A stretch of 64,000 nt of DNA from Porphyridium purpureum (taxonomy: Eukaryota): the NCBI GenBank assembly GCA_008690995.1, contig VRMN01000004.1, positions 186,001 through 250,000 on the forward strand. The letters run 5' to 3'. The first letter of the stretch is position 1; the number at the start of each line of letters is the position of its first letter. The notes beneath the pieces were generated by a model. The model was not told where the DNA came from. It did no database searches and was given only the letters and a program-made list of their open reading frames with translations. Below are positions 59,772-64,000 of this stretch, piece by piece. A program made the translations under genes and the position numbers.

Positions 59772-61520
59772 TTACTGTGACATAATACAAAAGGCCTTTT
59801 GTTCAGCGGAAAACAGCAGAAAGGGACTTGGCGCGGGAGCAGGTGCGAGCGTGCGCACGCGCAGCTCATCGAATGGTAGATTCACACATGCAGCCTGATC
59901 CCGACTCCAGAAAAACAGCGAGGCAGACTCGGTGCATACCCATAGACGCTCTGTCTGATCCCACGCCGCGTGCGTGACTGGATTTTGCTGCACCAGAATC
60001 ACCTCGAGCCCAAGCAAACGCACATTCCACACCCACACGCAGTGCGGCACACGGCGGTCCACCGTGGCCACCAACGAGCCGCTTGGACTCCAGAGCACGC
60101 TCATGAACCCGAGCTCAAACTCCGAAGCCGCTTGGGCGGACTGCGGCAGTCTCAAGTCCAGCAGTTGTGCGGTTGGCAGTTCGGCGTTGTCTGCATCGTA
60201 CATGACTCGCTTCCGGTTCATGCTGAAACTGAGTTCGTGCAATGTTGCCGCCACATCATGCGCACCAACCACATCAACTATGGCTTCCTCCCGGAGTGAC
60301 TCATCGAGTGCGGTCTCACGATACACTGTGTATCGCCCGCGCGCAAGCTGCTGCGGATGCTCCAAAATAGTGACGAGTTTCCACGTGGCCACATTGATGA
60401 TTCGGAGGGCATGGTCAAGACTAGAGATGGCGAGGAGACGCCCGTCGGGCGACCAACACACATCATGCACACCGAGCTCGTCTTCGTACGCGCGATAACT
60501 CTCCAAGAGCGAGCCATCCGGCGCGTACAAGCACACCAAATAGTCAAGCACTCCGGACTCCCAGGCCACCAATGAGCCATTGTTTGGCGCCCACGAGATG
60601 CCCGCTACGTCTATCATGTCTGTCTCGAATCTTACGCAGCACTCCCAAGTGTGCTGTTGACGCTTCGCTGTGCACATCTGATGTTGCCCGTAGATCGCCA
60701 CCGCATCTTTGGCATCAACGTCGCGCTCGGCCACTGCCAGAAACGCACCGTCCGAAGTGAACGACACACATTTGGGACTGCTCGCTTGCTTCACATCCGG
60801 AAGCCAGTGCGCGATACCAGTTCGCAAGGACCATACCATTGCACCGAGGCCGTACTCGCACTGTGCGAATACGTGTTCGGCATCCGGACTCCAGACTGCA
60901 AACACCAGTCCCGATGCGCCTAGAGCCAGCTCCGAGAACGGGAGCGGTTGCTGTTGTGACTGAGACTGTGCGTCATCTTCTTGAGATCGAACAACTTCCT
61001 GAACCAGGATGCGCGGTTCATCATTTGTCGTCAGCAACACTTTCGAGTCATCGGGGGACCACTGAATTGACGACACCAGAGTCTTTGCCGGTGGACGACT
61101 CGGGGTACCCGGAACGACGCGTTTCCCAGCGGGACCCTTTGGTTTGGTGCTACTGAAATGCGAAGACATGCGCGCCGCGTGAATCGCATACGCAGCAGAG
61201 GCACGACTTGCTGGTGCACCTGTGCCGCTGGCCATTTGCGCGACCTGTTTGGAACTTTCTCCGCCACGAGCACCAGGAAACGACTGATTCTGCTGTCGCT
61301 GCGGCGGAAGAATCTGAGTACCGGGGCCTTTCGTCGCTGGGGCCGGTTCGTTGGCCAGAGGCACACGGACCGAACACACAACCTGCATGTCGTCGGTACG
61401 CTGCACGACAAGCTGCACGCCAGGCCGCCCGGGCTGGACGCGCACAACGCTGGCGACCAATTGGCCATCGTGGCTCTGTCGGGCGCCGCCAGCCACACTC
61501 ACCACCTCTGAGAACTCCAT
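59772..61520 (-). CDS. WRAP73: WD40 protein WRAP73/WDR8
   Basis: ATG at 61520 (MEFSEV); FTSDGAFLAVAER, ISWAPNNGSLVAWE, YRAYEDELGV..VCWSPDG.LLAI.S.D, PHCVWVW. Confidence 0.85.
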   Translation of the reverse strand: MEFSEVVSVAGGARQSHDGQLVASVVRVQPGRPGVQLVVQRTDDMQVVCSVRVPLANEPAPATKGPGTQILPPQRQQNQSFPGARGGESSKQVAQMASGTGAPASRASAAYAIHAARMSSHFSSTKPKGPAGKRVVPGTPSRPPAKTLVSSIQWSPDDSKVLLTTNDEPRILVQEVVRSQEDDAQSQSQQQPLPFSELALGASGLVFAVWSPDAEHVFAQCEYGLGAMVWSLRTGIAHWLPDVKQASSPKCVSFTSDGAFLAVAERDVDAKDAVAIYGQHQMCTAKRQQHTWECCVRFETDMIDVAGISWAPNNGSLVAWESGVLDYLVCLYAPDGSLLESYRAYEDELGVHDVCWSPDGRLLAISSLDHALRIINVATWKLVTILEHPQQLARGRYTVYRETALDESLREEAIVDVVGAHDVAATLHELSFSMNRKRVMYDADNAELPTAQLLDLRLPQSAQAASEFELGFMSVLWSPSGSLVATVDRRVPHCVWVWNVRLLGLEVILVQQNPVTHAAWDQTERLWVCTESASLFFWSRDQAACVNLPFDELRVRTLAPAPAPSPFLLFSAEQKAFCIMSQ

Positions 61521-61877
61521 CTCTCTCCTCTGTCCTGTTCTCGTCACTCCGAGTTGCCGCGCGCACATGCGGCTGCTGCTTTCGCTCTCGCACACGACTC
61601 GCAAGGTTTCAAATGTTTGAAATCGACTTTGGAGTTATTTTGAGGGTCGTGCATCGGTTATATCCAGGGTTCTATCGTTTGTTCAGGCTTTACGGGTACA
61701 GTGTAGTGTACTCTATTGCCCAGAGTCCACGGCGGCGGTTTTTATACTAGAACAGGCAGGTTTTCATATGAAGAAGCATTGATAGGTTTGTCGAGGAAGG
61801 AAGTTTGGGTCAGGTTGAGCGCGGGGACGCGGGAAGGAGAAGCGGAAGCGGCTAGGGCGGTGTGAAGACAAGAGAAG

Positions 61878-62201
61878 ATGAAGTACGTGGCAGCCTATTT
61901 ACTCGCGGGGCTCTCCGGCAGTGAGCCGAGCGCAGATGCGGTCAAGAAGGTGCTGAAAGCGGCGGGTGGCGAGGTGGATGACGCCGAGCTGGACAAGGTC
62001 ATGACCGCGCTGAGTGGGAAGAACATCGAGGAAGTCATGGCGGAGGGCAAGTCAAAATTTGGCTCCGTGCCTATGGGCGCTGGTGCGGCGCCCGCGGCTG
62101 CTGGAGGAGCCGCGGCCGCTGCGGCCCCGGCTGCGGCTGCCGCGCCGGAACCGGAACCGGAAGAGGAAGAAGAGGAGGCCGACTTTGATCTGTTTGACTA
62201 G
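61878..62201 (+). CDS. RPLP2: 60S acidic ribosomal protein P2
   Basis: MKYVAAYLLA, LSGKNIEEVMAEG, Ala-rich hinge, acidic tail ending LFD. Confidence 0.95.
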   Translation: MKYVAAYLLAGLSGSEPSADAVKKVLKAAGGEVDDAELDKVMTALSGKNIEEVMAEGKSKFGSVPMGAGAAPAAAGGAAAAAAPAAAAAPEPEPEEEEEEADFDLFD

Positions 62202-62795
62202 ATTAAATCGCTGGAACCTCGGAGAATAATCGTCGTCTCGCTTTGATTACCTATGACGTACGTCTAGCTGCTGTCCTTTATCCACGGCACGGCAATGCGT
62301 CGAAGCCACATCCATGAAACCGGTTGAACCCGGATCAAATGGGACTGGCAGACTCGTTATTCGTCTCCATGCTGCCACTCTCGTTCACCCCAATCCACAC
62401 TCAAACGCACACACACACACACACCGGCGCACGCCAGCCCGAAGAGACGCACAGACACAAACGTAGCTCTGTCTCTCTTGAACCACGAGTATGGAACGCC
62501 ACGCACAGATCGCGACTCGGCGACGGACGGACGGACAGACAGACAGACAGACTCGACCGAGCGCTGGCTGAGCCGGTCCGCAGCTTACACCACAGTACAC
62601 TACCTCTTGAAGAGCACTGTACTTCCTCGAAGATTTTGGAGCGAGGTCGAGGCTGTGCGCGAGGAAGAGGAAGAGACGACGGGGCAGGAGACGGCTGGCA
62701 GTCGGTCTGCGACGCGTTGCACGGACCCATCTGCACGTCCCGCGTGAGAGAATTTGCGTGGCAAGGACACAGCGCCGCGAGAGGGCTTCTTGGCG

Positions 62796-64000
62796 ATGTT
62801 GGCGTGGGTCGTTGTTGCGGCGGGCGCATGCGCGGGTGGGGCAGCAGAAAAGCCAGCCACAAGCGGCAAAAGGGGATTTGGGCACGGCTGGACAGGATTG
62901 GCTAGAGGGAGAAGAGTTTTGGGCGTGTCGGGTTCGAAGAGAATGGTAGAGCGCGGCGCATCGGAGCCGTTCAAGTTGAAGTCGGCAGAGGCTGATCATC
63001 TGGTCGAGCATCGGCATGACGATGACATCGTGACCATGCCACTTGAGGGCCTGCACCCGGCGCCGCATCTCCGCGACATGGAACATTACCAGCAGATGTA
63101 CAAGCGGTCGATTGCAGAGCCCGAGCAGTTTTGGGATGACATTGCCCGTACCGGCTTTTACTGGAAGCAAAAATGGGACGCGGTACGAAGCGTCAATTTT
63201 TCGCGCAAGCAAGGTAGAATCGAGAGCAGCTGGTTCATCGGGAGCAAAACAAATATTTGCTTCAATGCATTGGATCGCTGGGTCGAGACTGGCATAGAAG
63301 ATCATGTGGCCTTCCTCTTCGAACCCAACGATCTGAGCGACGACAAGTCACGCAGGGAGTGGACGTACGGGCAAACGTTGGCCGAGGTGAAACGCGTCGC
63401 CAATGTACTCAAGGCAATGGGCGTGAAGAAGGGCGACTGCGTGACTCTGTATATGCCAATGGTCGTCGAATTGCCAGTCTGCATGCTGGCATGCGCACGC
63501 ATTGGCGCCGTCCACTCGGTCGTGTTTGGTGGCTTTTCAGCCGAAGCACTCGCAGGGCGTATTCTAGACGCGGAGAGCAAGGTCGTCATTACCTGCGATG
63601 GTGTGATGCGCGGCAAGAAGCCCATTTTACTGAAGCAGATTGCGGACAAGGCTTGCGAGATTGCACAGAAACGCGGGTTTGCGGTCGCGTCGCAGCTCGT
63701 CCTGCACCGATTGGAGGAGGACAAGTCAACATGCGAAATGCGCGGCGGACGCGACGTTTGGTACGACGAGGCAGTAGCACGTGCAGACACAGAGTGCGAG
63801 GTCGAATGGATGGACGCCGAGGATCCGTTGTTTATTCTCTATACATCTGGCTCGACGGGCTCACCCAAGGGCGTGCTACACACCACCGCCGGCTACATGG
63901 TGTACACGGCAACCACATTCAAGTACTCTTTCGATTACCAACCGCGCGACGTATTCTTTTGTACGGCAGACTGCGGCTGGATTACGGGTCATTCGTATGT
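62796..64000 (+). CDS. ACS: Acetyl-CoA synthetase (AMP-forming), 3'-partial
   Basis: Not in the ORF track because it runs off the window. Hand translation gives MLAWVVVAAG...KRMVERG..., MYKRSIAEPEQFW, TNICFNALDRW, MLACARIGAVHSVVFGGFS, DPLFILYTSGSTGSPKGVLHTTAGY, FCTADCGWITGHSY. Confidence 0.95.
   Translation, partial: MLAWVVVAAGACAGGAAEKPATSGKRGFGHGWTGLARGRRVLGVSGSKRMVERGASEPFKLKSAEADHLVEHRHDDDIVTMPLEGLHPAPHLRDMEHYQQMYKRSIAEPEQFWDDIARTGFYWKQKWDAVRSVNFSRKQGRIESSWFIGSKTNICFNALDRWVETGIEDHVAFLFEPNDLSDDKSRREWTYGQTLAEVKRVANVLKAMGVKKGDCVTLYMPMVVELPVCMLACARIGAVHSVVFGGFSAEALAGRILDAESKVVITCDGVMRGKKPILLKQIADKACEIAQKRGFAVASQLVLHRLEEDKSTCEMRGGRDVWYDEAVARADTECEVEWMDAEDPLFILYTSGSTGSPKGVLHTTAGYMVYTATTFKYSFDYQPRDVFFCTADCGWITGHSY

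Noticed and set aside
59772..61520. Centrosomal WRAP73 in a probably aflagellate alga
   Set aside because: WDR8 orthologs are already known in acentriolar plants and fission yeast, so this is not surprising.
1..64000. CRISPR arrays, tRNA/rRNA genes, prokaryotic operons or defence systems
   Set aside because: None recognised; the window is eukaryotic nuclear DNA. Small ncRNAs cannot be excluded without a covariance-model search.

Overview
Gene-dense, GC-rich, almost intron-free eukaryotic nuclear DNA. Plastid-type transit peptides starting MAF/MAAF/MAAY and the compact layout point to a unicellular red alga, possibly Porphyridium-like (inference). About 33 protein genes are present, mostly housekeeping: OPR-like repeat protein, mL59, a METTL21-like methyltransferase, a glycosyltransferase-like membrane protein, DTL/CDT2, PEX19, VPS37, TRAP-alpha, ATP11, a membrane-tethered bZIP, an F-box protein, BIG/Sec7, NOT1, XAP5, a tandem-SWIB protein, NSI/Ycf52, a truncated trigger factor, GLTP, METTL5, eS19, TSEN34, RXT3-like, UEV1/MMS2 (2 introns), WRAP73, P2 and acetyl-CoA synthetase. 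There is also one dead Tc1-family transposase relic. Most notable: (1) GTACAGT recurs upstream of genes throughout the window, twice as the same GTACAGT-N3-ACTGTAC palindrome; (2) a second upstream element, CGG(TT) arrays with an 8-bp period; (3) an organelle-targeted DEP domain fused to a MerA/DLD-like disulfide reductase; (4) divergent genes with abutting or overlapping start codons, and very tight tandem pairs. All protein identities are motif recognition by eye, not database hits. No tRNA, rRNA or CRISPR array was recognised.
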